Assembly: GCA_002104905.1 (NCBI GenBank)
Contig: MCFE01000021.1
Location: 62,001 to 126,000 of the forward strand
Length of the DNA: 64,000 bases
Origin: Basidiobolus meristosporus CBS 931.73
Taxonomy: Eukaryota > Fungi > Basidiobolomycota
Reading direction: 5' to 3'
Within the stretch, counting starts at the first letter, position 1. Each line of letters opens with the position of its first letter. Below are positions 54,109 through 64,000 of the stretch, piece by piece. The translations under genes and the position numbers were made by a program. The notes under the pieces were generated by a model. That model worked only from the letters and a program-made list of their open reading frames with translations. It was not told the origin of the DNA and searched no databases.

Positions 54109-54710
54109 CTAGCCGGAAACAAGAAACTGTGAAGATCTCGACGATCCAAAAGTTCCCCAAACCCTCCGTAGAAATTTTGTTCTTGTTTTATGTACATGAT
54201 TTGAGCAAGCTAGATTTATACTTCTGTACATTCCAAAAAACCCTGCCTCTATATCTCCCTCACCCTGATACAAAGCCATACCACCGGAGAACGGACCTAA
54301 CAGAGGCCTCTCTCGTTTTATATATAAAATTGATCCCTTCCCCCATACTGCGTGAGTTCCAGTGTGCTCTCATCCAGTCGCACAGATGTTCGAAAGTTGG
54401 GGTCTTCTGTTTGGTGTCTAGGCCGTCAACACCATGAAGCGGCCGATTAGGTATCAATTGGATGCCTCTGTTCCCGTAAGTTGATGTCGATTCGATATGC
54501 GTCGAAGTTTCCACTTCAAGCAGCCTCGCTGAATGTATAGCTATATGTCATTGATCGGCACGGCGGTGGGTGTTGTCACATATCAACATCTTGCCTACGG
54601 TGATCCTTCCAATTGCATTCTTCAGGCCCCGGGGTGGAAGAGAATCGATATTGCCGGAGCCAATCTGGGTAGTGCGTGGTCTTGTTGACATTTAAATGTG
54701 CGCCTATCAT
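54109..54710 (-). CDS. Possible spliced hypothetical protein, divergent from BUB1
   Basis: ATG at 54710; the 58-nt GT-AG intron at 54541-54598 joins MIGAHL..HYPDWLRQYRF in frame to the 84-aa ORF. The 3' end needs a further 39-nt intron, or the gene stops at 54260. Confidence 0.3.
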
Positions 54711-54951
54711 ACTCTCCTTGTCTAAATGAACCCTCAATGCTCATTACTTTTGTATCAGCCAGTCAGGAGGAATGTTTTGTCCATCACTTTCCCGGATCAG
54801 GTATAGAATGCTCAGCAGTGACTGCGCTTTGGAATCTGGGCTGAGTGGCATTGCCGCTTGCACAGGATTAGGGTTGGGTTCATGCGAGTTGTCTCGTGGG
54901 TAAATCACTTTTAAAAGCCTCTGACAGCGACGCACTCCCGTAAGTTTGGCC

Positions 54952-56947
54952 ATGGAGGCAGCCCACTCGTCGAACGGAGCACCAGCTACACAGGCATCGG
55001 ACATCTTGGAAGATCCCCTGGGCAAATATCTGGAGAGTTTGGACTTCCTATTAACCCTGGATTCGCCCGAGTCACTGGAGCCCTTGCTGAAGAAAATCAC
55101 AAAGATCTTCCTGGCCGATGAGAGATACTTGAACGACCCGCGTTACTTGAACGTTTGGTTACTAAGGTCGCGTAATTCGGTCAACCCTTTGAACGTGTTC
55201 AAGAAGATGGAGGCCCTGCGGGTAGGCAGTAGACAGGCGGCTTTCTACGACGAATATGCTAGATTCTGGCTAGGCGAGGGCAGGTAAGTGATGCTTAGCC
55301 AACTGCGCATCTTCATTTCTGTACCCTCATCAGCCACTTGCGGTCAGGATCGATATGGCAAGAAAGATATACCAACAAGGCATCGTCCATCAGGCAGAGC
55401 CAGTAAATCATCTACGGAAAATGTACAAAGGGCTGTCTTGTATGGAGGGTGGGAGCGCTAAGAAAACCAAGGGCAATTTGATGGTGGCCATCCGGCAGAT
55501 TTACAACGCCGAGGAAAGCTGCTTTGAGGAAATGCGGGCTCTTCTACCAAAGCATCGACTTCGATCCAACAGGCCGTCACCAGTTCCTCAAGAGATACCT
55601 TTGCAAGTCATGTACGGCTCGGAGTCAGGGACAAGGTGTCAGTTGAATGGAGGTTCTCTATCCCAGAATGATATTGCCGTGGCCTCTGACTCGGCCGACC
55701 GTAAGCCAGAGGATACCTGTCGCTATTTCGCGAAGCAACCGTGCCTGTTTTCCCACCAAGAAGTTTGCGATCCGCACAGTCCAATGTTGATCACTCAATA
55801 TCTGGAGAAAAATCTGTTGACATTATCGCAGTATGCAGGCTTCCACAATCTAAGCAAGCATGTCAAAGGCCGTTCCAAGCCCTTGGGCAACTCCAGCAAA
55901 CAAAGTCGCACCAACGCTTCCAACTCCATCAAACGATCCCTTCTATTTCTAGGGAACAGCTCCTTCATCATCCAAAGAAAGCTAGGTGAAGGTGGCTTTG
56001 GTAAGGTCTATCAGGTCCAGCATCTAGACCTCACTCCAGAGCTGAAGAGCTGGAAACGTGAGGGATGTCTTTATTTTGCTCTAAAAGTACAGACCCCGGC
56101 AGGCGCTTGGGAGTTTTACATCTTGAACCAGCTGACCCATAGGCTTAGTACAGAATTATCCAAGATGATCATTAAACCGTATGCGCTTTATTACTATCAG
56201 GATGTGAGCTACCTCCTCATGGAGTGCTCCACTCAAGGGACCCTCTTGGATGCCGTCAACTTTTATAAAGTTCAAGGCAAATTCATGGACGAACTAACGG
56301 TCATGTTTTTCACCGTCGAACTCCTGAAGATCATAGAAGGACTCCACAATATCCAAGTATTGCACGCGGACCTCAAAGCGGATAACCTTTTGCTGAGGTT
56401 AGAGAATGCCGACCGATGGGACGAACAGTATTCTCCAACAGGCGAACATGGCTGGGGGAAGAAAGGCTTGAAGCTGATAGATTTTGGCAAGGCGGTTGAC
56501 CTGACCTTGTTCCCTGAAGGCTGCAGATTTAGGTCTCGCAATAAAGGGGGAGCATATGATTGTCCGCAGGTCCGGGAGAAGAGGTGCTGGACTTATCACA
56601 TCGATTACTATGGCTTGGCTAATATCATCCATACTATGTTGCACGGGAAGTATTTGCGGGTCACCCAGACCTCCACCATAAAGGGCGCTCAAAGAGCATG
56701 TCAGCCTGTTCTCCCCTTTAAACGCTATTGGGATATCGAACTGTGGGAACAGGTATTCGATACTCTATTGAATCCAGAGGCTCACGGGACACTACCCATC
56801 ACCGAAAAACTCCACGCATTGAGGAGCTCCCTTGAGACCCGGTTGGTACGTAACGGAAGCCAGCTAAGCAAAAGTCTAAAAAGGAACTTGATTCTCCTGG
56901 AAAAGCATTTTAGTAGCTATGGTGACCCTAGGCCTGTGGACTCGTAA
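54952..56947 (+). CDS. BUB1: Bub1-type spindle checkpoint kinase (TPR, GLEBS, kinase)
   Basis: DPL..Y, ERYLNDPRYLNVWL, IG..A.FY..YA (TPR); ESCFEEMRA (GLEBS-like); LGEGGFGKVY, ALK, WEFYI, HADLKADN, LIDFG; intron at 55284-55347. Confidence 0.9.
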
Positions 56948-57397
56948 TAAAATTCAGGGTATCTGGATCCAAACTGTAATTAAACCCAGTGGAATGGCTG
57001 TACTCCGAAGGCTGATTTAATGAGATTCCATGGATCCATGGCTATTGACTTCCCACAGACCATGTCCAGGCTATGTGACTTAGTACTCTGCGTTTATTAC
57101 ATTACAAACAAGGTATTTCCAGTAAATTTCAAGACAATGATTTAGCATGCAACGGCTCTCTGCGAACCTTCCTATCCCATATCTGATTGGCCAGTAGTCA
57201 TTCTCCATTGTATATTTATCAGAATGTAAATCTCTCAAATTCTGTGCGACGAGCGAATAGCCTTGCAGTGGCAAGAGCCGTCGAGTGTTGATTGGGCAAC
57301 TTGTGTGTTGACTTGCGGATCAAAAGGATTAGGTATGCACATCACCTCCATTTTTCAAACATCCATTTTTACACTACCAAAGCTGAACAAGCTGAAT

Positions 57398-58526
57398 ATG
57401 CCTAACCCCATGGACATAGAGCAGCTGGTGAAGCAACTGGAGTTGGATTACAATGTGAACATCAGCGCCAAGGCAACCAAATTCCAAACGCGGGCAATGG
57501 AGAAGCTTGGGAATAGAATGACGAGTTCGTCGACGTTTTACTACATGCTAGCTTTCATCGAGCTTGCATGCCAAAGGTACCCCTCTCCACTTAGGCTGAT
57601 GTGCAGAGAAGATCGCTCACTCTTTCCACTCAAGTTTAGATGAAGATTTCGAACGCCTTGCCGCGCTCGAATCACACGACCTGGATGAGAAAACGTATTT
57701 GAAGAAGTTAAGCGAAACTCGTTATGTATTGCACCAAGATTCTGAGGAGTTGATTAGTGCCTTGACAGAGGAGTTCAAGTGCGACCGCATATACCACGAA
57801 GTGCATGCCCTTCTGGACGATATGAAAGCTTGTTACGACGAGCCAGAGGCGGTGACAAGTCCAGTATTTGTCGGGGCTGGTTTCTATCTGACGGCCATAC
57901 AATTCGGATACCGCATCGATAAGCAAAAGGTCATGGACGAGGTTTGCGCGACAAACTTCGAATTCAAACAAGTGACCGAGTATTTTCAAGATTTTGCAGG
58001 GGAGACGTTGAACTTTTTTTCCCAGATGAAGCTTCAGAATACAAAGAGAAGGGCGAAGTCTGACAACAGCTTCGACGAGGCCGCGTTCGACGACGTGGAG
58101 AACGGAAGCAAGCCAGAACACACCACCCATAAGAAGAGGAGGACAAAGAAGGCGGACAACCCCGTACCAAACAACCTAGAATCACAGGAGAATAAGCCCA
58201 CCAGCTGTCTCAATCTCCCTACGAAGGCCCCATCCAAGCCGTTGAAGCAACTTCGTCTAGTCGCAGTGAAATTGGCGACACTGAAAAGCCCAATCACTAC
58301 CACCGCTACGGAAAAAACCGTTTTCGAACCCTTGAACGCGGTGACCTCGATGGTACGGTTTCTATTCCGCACAAAGAGCATCTTATTCTGTCGTCACGTC
58401 TTGCTGTAGATACTCATGCTCTATACCTTCTAGGCCAATGATACATACTTCCGGGAAACACAGGATTATCGTGAGTATCTTGTCTGGAAACGAAACCTCA
58501 TAGCGAAGTTGCGGAGAACGATGTGA
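57398..58526 (+). CDS. ORC6: Origin recognition complex subunit 6-like
   Basis: ELAC, PVFVGAGFY..IDKQKV..EF..V (TFIIB-like core) and C-terminal DYREYLVWKRNLI; two introns. Confidence 0.65.
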
Positions 58527-58846
58527 GCCGAATCATCAATAAATGTAGAGATTTTGACGACTTCCGTAAGGACACATGGCGGCGGTTGGTTGGACAGGGC
58601 TCGTATGGACATGGGGGATCGGAAACACCAGCGCTTGCATGCCTCAATGGTTCAGTTGGGTTTATTTGCATTTGTGGTTGGAAATTTACATAAGAGTGTT
58701 GTGTACACGACATTAAGGCCATGCTGGCGAATCGGCGCAGTATATACGGTAGAGCTATATAGGCCACTAGATGGCAAAGTTCCTTCGGGATTGGTGTGTG
58801 TTTCCATCCAGGCCGCTCGTTTATTCAGCAACTGATGCCTCTGTAG

Positions 58847-59647
58847 TCAGCGGCTACACTGCAGCATCTCTTTTTGTAACAGGCCGAGGGGGACGTTGTC
58901 ATCTGGATTCCCGCCTTTCGTGGACAAGTCTTGATGGCTTTTCTGGATATTTAAGGAGCGGGGCACGCGCGGCCTGATCATCGGTGACGAATACCCGAAT
59001 TTTCGAGCGATGCTTGATTTTTCGTTGCGCGTGCTGTTGGATGTATGGAACCCTCTGCGTTGCAGACTGCCTCTGGTCCTTGACATGGTTTGGTGGATTA
59101 GCAGCACCTGGACCAAGGGTCTTCTCTCCAGCTTATGCAGCTTCCTCAAGCTGACGTTGTATGTGTGGTGGGTTTGTTGGATTAAGGGGGGCTCCGGTAA
59201 TTCGGCAACCGCAACCGCAACCGAATGCCGAATGTGGGAGGTTCTGCTCAGCCTGAACTTGCGTCGGCCTGAGCCTTGCTTTTGGTGGACGGTCTTTTTA
59301 CCCTGAAGCACGGAGCACAGGCCAGTGGATTCGGCGAAAGCAGAGGATTCGGCAAGCTGGCCTGAGATGTCCCTGGGCTTCTTGGAATGGAACGACAAGA
59401 CCAAAAATCGACTGAAAGCTTTGATTTTGTGGCTGATCTTGTTGGAGCGATTGGGGGGAACTTCTGTACATGGCGCATCAGGCTTGACGCAAGGCGGGGC
59501 GGGGGGATTGAGGCCGGCTTTTTTATACTGACCAGCCAAGAACAGGCTGGAAAGCTTCCGTTTTATGGAGGTTTTAGTGGGGGAAGGATGGTTATGCTCC
59601 CCGAGGAGTTGTGTTTCCTGAGTGGCTGGTCTTCGCCCTGTTAACAT
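58847..59647 (-). CDS. Hypothetical basic, low-complexity protein
   Basis: Long open frame (first ATG at 59647), Arg/Lys/Ser-rich, ending in a DDNVPLG motif. No domain recognised. Confidence 0.6.
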   Translation of the reverse strand: MLTGRRPATQETQLLGEHNHPSPTKTSIKRKLSSLFLAGQYKKAGLNPPAPPCVKPDAPCTEVPPNRSNKISHKIKAFSRFLVLSFHSKKPRDISGQLAESSAFAESTGLCSVLQGKKTVHQKQGSGRRKFRLSRTSHIRHSVAVAVAELPEPPLIQQTHHTYNVSLRKLHKLERRPLVQVLLIHQTMSRTRGSLQRRGFHTSNSTRNEKSSIARKFGYSSPMIRPRVPRSLNIQKSHQDLSTKGGNPDDNVPLGLLQKEMLQCSR

Positions 59648-60711
59648 GGTTGGAAAATCCCGAGATTTACACTTCACTTCAAACCAGCTATGGGCTGGGG
59701 AGTTCGATGCACAGCCTACAGGTGGAGGGGAGGGGACAAGTAGTTTAGTGTTATGCAATAAATATTGTCCTTTCAGGGCAGAAGCCGTCCCGAAGAAGTG
59801 ATCCAAAACAACGCTGGCTAAAAAATGATGGTCTACTTGGTGAGTCGGACACACCGAGAAGAGGGACAGATGGTTTTATAAACGTCGCACACAATCCAGC
59901 GCATTATCCCGGATTTGCTTTGTCAGGCTGACCAGAGGACATTATTCCAGTTCGCGGAATGCAAAGACGAATCGTGGTCGTGACTGGGCCAACATTCAAT
60001 AGCCCATTGTGTCCAGCATTGTAATGACGTTGGTATTGTGGATGGTCACCTGGAGATGATCAGGGCTGCTATTCTCAACATCGCCGTGCTGCCCCCCCAC
60101 CGTACAAAAGAGCGAAGGGTAATTCCCAGATGTAGGCTGGAAACCAATTCCCTATTCTTCTTGAGAAGTGACAATATGCCAGCTCCGAATAATGGGGATC
60201 ATTGTGCTATAAGCCATTTGATTGGATCTAGGTGGAAGCAGCATTAGATCCTGAATCGAAGCGCTCCTTCCCTCTCAACAACCGTTCTGCTGATCTGGTG
60301 GTACTCCTTGTCCAGCGCATCAGGGGACCCGACCTGTGACACACTTGATCTATGAAACGGCTTGTAGAATGGTAGCGAAGTTGGACTAAGTGGTGGATTT
60401 TAGTGCTTTAGTCGAGGAGCGGAGGAGAAATCTTTGTAACAATCGTTCATGTCTGATTATTTTGGATCTGTAATGGAGGTAGGGGTTGCAATGGATGGGA
60501 ATACCATTTCCGTTAAATTGGAGAAATCCACGCTAAATTTGGATCAGTACGTAGATTTCAATACGTTTGAGATCGCTGATATAGCTGGAAGATATTCATC
60601 ATTGTTGCTTGTTGTCTTTGGTGTTGGTGCTCCATGCAACTGTGGTGTGATTGCTACATACCTGTTGGGTTGCATGATCTTCTCTGGAGCTGCCCAATAA
60701 ATTTAGGAGAG

Positions 60712-61204
60712 GAAACCATAAAGTACCAGAAGAAAGAACAAAGTCCCTTCAGCTGCATTTACCCTAATGTCAAAGACAAATTGCTAGTTCAATGCTCAAG
60801 TGCAGAAACAGCAAAGAATGCCTGGAAGGCATTAGAAGACACCTACAAGTCAAGCTTGACTGCTAAGAAAATGTGTCTTAGAAAGAAGTTTTTTACTACA
60901 TAGATGCTGTTAGGAGAAGAAATGGAAAATTTAATTAACAGAATCACCCTGTTGGTTGATGAGATGGAATCAGTGGGCATACCAACTACTGATAAAGATG
61001 TGATAGTTACCCTCCTGAATAGCCTGACAGACCAGTTTCTGGGCCTTATTTCAGCCCTAGAGTCCAGAACTGAAGATTTGACCTTAATTCTTATTCCAGG
61101 AGCCTTCAATATACATAATTTAAGAAAATCCAATGCTAATATAAAAGAAGAAAATGCTTTAGAAAGCAATGCTAACCACCAAAGGAGGGAATCAAGACCC
61201 TTTG
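60712..61204 (+). mobile_element. Degenerate Ty1/copia gag fragment (element B)
   Basis: TAKNAWKALEDTY..KKMCLRKKF..*M..GEEM..LVDEMESVG..DVIVTLLNSL..ISALES, with an in-frame TAG at 60901. Truncated by an LTR before any zinc knuckle. The left boundary is approximate. Confidence 0.8.
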
Positions 61205-61261
61205 TGCTATGAATAGACACAAGATAGGAGAGTAGAGTTAGGCAAGGCAGGACCTGGAAAG
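61205..61261 (-). mobile_element. Terminal 57 bp of a gypsy LTR (same family as 63044-63571)
   Basis: 51 of 57 positions identical to 63044-63100, same orientation. Confidence 0.85.
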
Positions 61262-61611
61262 TGTTGAAAGAGTCTTGGAGATATTAGAAGTGATTTGGGA
61301 GAACAAGTAGATTATGTGGTTTTCACTTAATGATTTATTCAATGTAAAAGTAGTATTTATACTTTTACATGGTCTTGGCATGAAAAACATGTAAAATAGG
61401 TTAAAGAAGGTCCCAAGAGCATGTGTGCAAAGTTTGGGGCTGTCTGGACAACTTTGAGAATTTTCATGCTCTGGGTACCTGGTATTTTGGTGAAAATATT
61501 CCAAGTAAATCCCAATCAGGAATTTGGTCAGTATTTTCTAGGATTTGAAGGTAATGATCTAAGTGACTAAGTTAAGTGAGTTTTTAGGTGGAATTACAAA
61601 TTTTTACAACA
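61262..61611 (-). mobile_element. 3' LTR of Ty1/copia element A (350 bp)
   Basis: TGTTG...CAACA inverted termini; preceded by the polypurine tract GAGTGGGAG (61612-61620); TATAAATA (61354-61361) and AATAAA (61334-61339) on the minus strand. Confidence 0.85.
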
Positions 61612-63043
61612 CTCCCACTCAGCTAAATGTTCATACTGACTAGTCCTAAATTTGACCTAAGATACTCAAACTTCATTAGCTTATGATTTGGTATATATGT
61701 CTGCAATCATTTCATCTGAGGGACAGTAAACTAAGTTAACTAAGTTATTCTCTATAGCTTCACTTATGAAATGATGTCTAATATCTATGTGCTTAGTTCT
61801 AGCATGAAAAGTTGGATTTCTACCTAATTGTATACATCCTTGATTATCTTGAAATAAAGTAATAGGCGTTTTTTGACATAGGCCTAAATCTGTAGGAAGC
61901 ATTCTTAAACACATTGCTTCTTTTGTAGCTTCACAGGTTGCCATATACTCTGCCTCTGTGGTAGAAAGGGCTATGGTTGGTTGCTCTCTTGAATTCCATG
62001 AAATTGCTCCTTTACAGTAAAGCAAGGTGTATCCTGTGGTGGATCTTCTGTCTTCCAAATTTTGTCCCAAATCAGAATCAGAGTATCCCACAAGATCCTG
62101 TTCTGAATCCTTATAAGTGTAGCTTAAGCAGATATCAGCAGTTCCTTTTAGATATCTAAAAATCTGCTTAACTGCTGCAATATGATCATATCCATAGTTC
62201 TGAATATGCTGGCTGACAACACCCACTGAATGTGAGATATCTGGACATGTTCCAAGCATGATATACATCAGACTGCTACCATAGATTGATAAGGAAGGTC
62301 AGGGCTTTCAGATAGCACCAAGCTCTCTTGATTTGGTTAAGTTCTGACCAAGTTAAGGTTTATCTCCATTGGGGTAGATACAGGTTTACAGTCTTCCATT
62401 TTGTACTTCTCTAGTATATCTTGAATATACTTGGATTGGCTTAGGGTGATAGTCTGGGTACTTCTGTCTATGGAGAACTTAATCTCTAAGTAGTAACTGA
62501 GTTCTCCTAGATTGGCCATCTTGAACTCCTTAGATAGGCTGGATTTAGTCTCTTCCAATATTGCTAGATTATTGGTGGCTATAATAAGATCATCCACATA
62601 TAGAGCTAATAGAACTGGATTTGCTCTATCTGGCTTATAGTATATACTATAGCAGCATTCCTCCTTTGAAACTCAGAGATTCCAAATAAGAATCTATCTT
62701 GCAATTCCAGGCTTTTGGTGATTATTTGAGACCATAAAGAAACTTTTAAGCTTGCAGACCAAATGGGGGTTATCTTGGTCAGTAAACCCATCAGGCTGGT
62801 CCATATACATGTCCTCATCAAGTTCTCCATTCAAAAATGCAGCTTTTACATCCATTTGATGAATAAAAAACTTATATTTGGCTGCAATAGCCAATATTAA
62901 TCTGATAGAACTAAACTTTGCTACCATTGCAAAGGTCTCAGTATAGTTAAGTCCTTTTGTTTGAGAGTATACTTTGACCACATGTCCTGCTTTGAATCTT
63001 TCAATTGTACCATCAGCCTTGTATTATGTCTTCAAGACTCATC
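61612..63043 (-). mobile_element. Degenerate Ty1/copia RT-RNase H (element A)
   Basis: DGTIERFKA, QMDVKAAFLNG, YVDD, GYSDSD..DRRSTTGY, ALSTTEAEY, DNQ, HARTKHIDIRHHF; contains stops and frameshifts. Confidence 0.95.
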
Positions 63044-63571
63044 TGTTATGAATAGACACAAGGCAGGAGAGTAGGGCTAGGCAAGGCAGGACCAGGAAAG
63101 GACTTAGGTGTGGATCAACAAGGCAAGGTGGATTTCCAAGGCAAGGCTGTTTATTCAAGACCTGTGTTTATCAGACTGAGGAATACTTAAGGGGGGATAG
63201 GACTATATATACTTTTTGGTTATACTGATGCCAAGAGATATTGGCTAATACTAATGGTGTTGTGGGGTGAGGCACAGCAATGTGCTGGGGATAACAATAT
63301 AGAAGGCAAGGCTCTGAGACAGGATGGGGAAATAGATTTGGTCACCCAATTATGTGACTAAGTCATGTGACCTGGTATTTCCATATATGGTACTGGACTA
63401 TGAAAAATACAATGGGAAGCTTCCATGGAATGTTCCATTGTGTAACAAGGGTTTGGAATGGTCAGGAACTTTCTGGAAGGTGGTAGAAGGTTCCAGAAGG
63501 AATCTCTTAGAGATTGAGCTAGGAAGCTGAAACTTGGCATGGGTGTTCATGGTTGTCATGTGATCATGACA
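63044..63571 (-). mobile_element. 3' LTR of a Ty3/gypsy chromovirus (528 bp)
   Basis: TGTCATGA...TCATAACA termini; follows the purine tract GGAAGAGGAGAATAG; interrupts the copia RT frame at 63043. Confidence 0.85.
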
Positions 63572-64000
63572 CTATTCTCCTCTTCCAGGTGAAGCTCTGT
63601 TGCCCTTTGGGGCAGGTTTTGCAGAATATTGCTGGTGGAACTGGGTAACCAGTTCTTGACAATTAGTGAGATGGGTAGCTGGTTCCCATGTTTGGTCACT
63701 TGGACCATAACCAATCCAGTCTACTAAGTAGTACAGCTTTGACTGGATATACTTGGAGTCTAGAATCTGTTTAACTTCAAATTCTTGATGTTGGTCAACC
63801 TGGATGGCTTGGGGCTTTGCTTCTTGCTGGTTTGGCAAGGTGTTCCTACAATACGGCTCCAGGAGGGACACATGGAAAGTATCATGGATTTTCATACTTG
63901 CTGGTAACTGTAGCTGATATACTATAGGGCTAAGCTTCTTCTTGATCTTGAAGGGACCAAGTTTCTTGAAATCCAATTTGTCACAAGGGCGGTTGGTGCT
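63572..64000 (-). mobile_element. Gypsy integrase C-terminus with chromodomain
   Basis: GPFKI..VYQLQLP..IHDTFHVSLLEPY; FEVKQILDS..YLVDWIGYGPSDQTWEP. Confidence 0.93.

Noticed and set aside
60000-60700. Short ORFs left of the TE nest
   Set aside because: No recognisable protein or LTR features.

Overview
Eukaryotic, intron-containing fungal DNA with short GT-AG introns of about 50-75 nt and CTAAC-like branch points. The gene set suggests an early-diverging, zygomycete-grade fungus (possibly Zoopagomycota); this is inference. About 60 kb is gene-dense: OGFOD1/Tpa1, CUL1, epoxide hydrolase, chitin deacetylase, esterase, Lsb5-like VHS-GAT, Bem2-like RasGEF/RhoGAP, tetraspanin, Ras, RPS29, Rtt106, WDR24/Sea2, ATP17, Whi3/Scw1-like, PHB1, BUB1, ORC6 and several orphans. 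The last ~3.4 kb is a four-layer copia/gypsy nest almost devoid of CpG. Most notable observations: (1) a gene missed by the ORF track at the left edge that resembles the N-terminal domain of T4-phage-type DNA ligase behind a mitochondrial-type presequence; (2) an intact secreted tyrosinase-fold protein lacking 3 of 6 copper-binding His; (3) a PH domain apparently split by ~1,700 residues in the Bem2-like protein; (4) a sharp CpG desert over the nested retrotransposons. No tRNA, rRNA or CRISPR array was recognised. All calls are by motif recognition without database searches, and coordinates of spliced genes are outer bounds.
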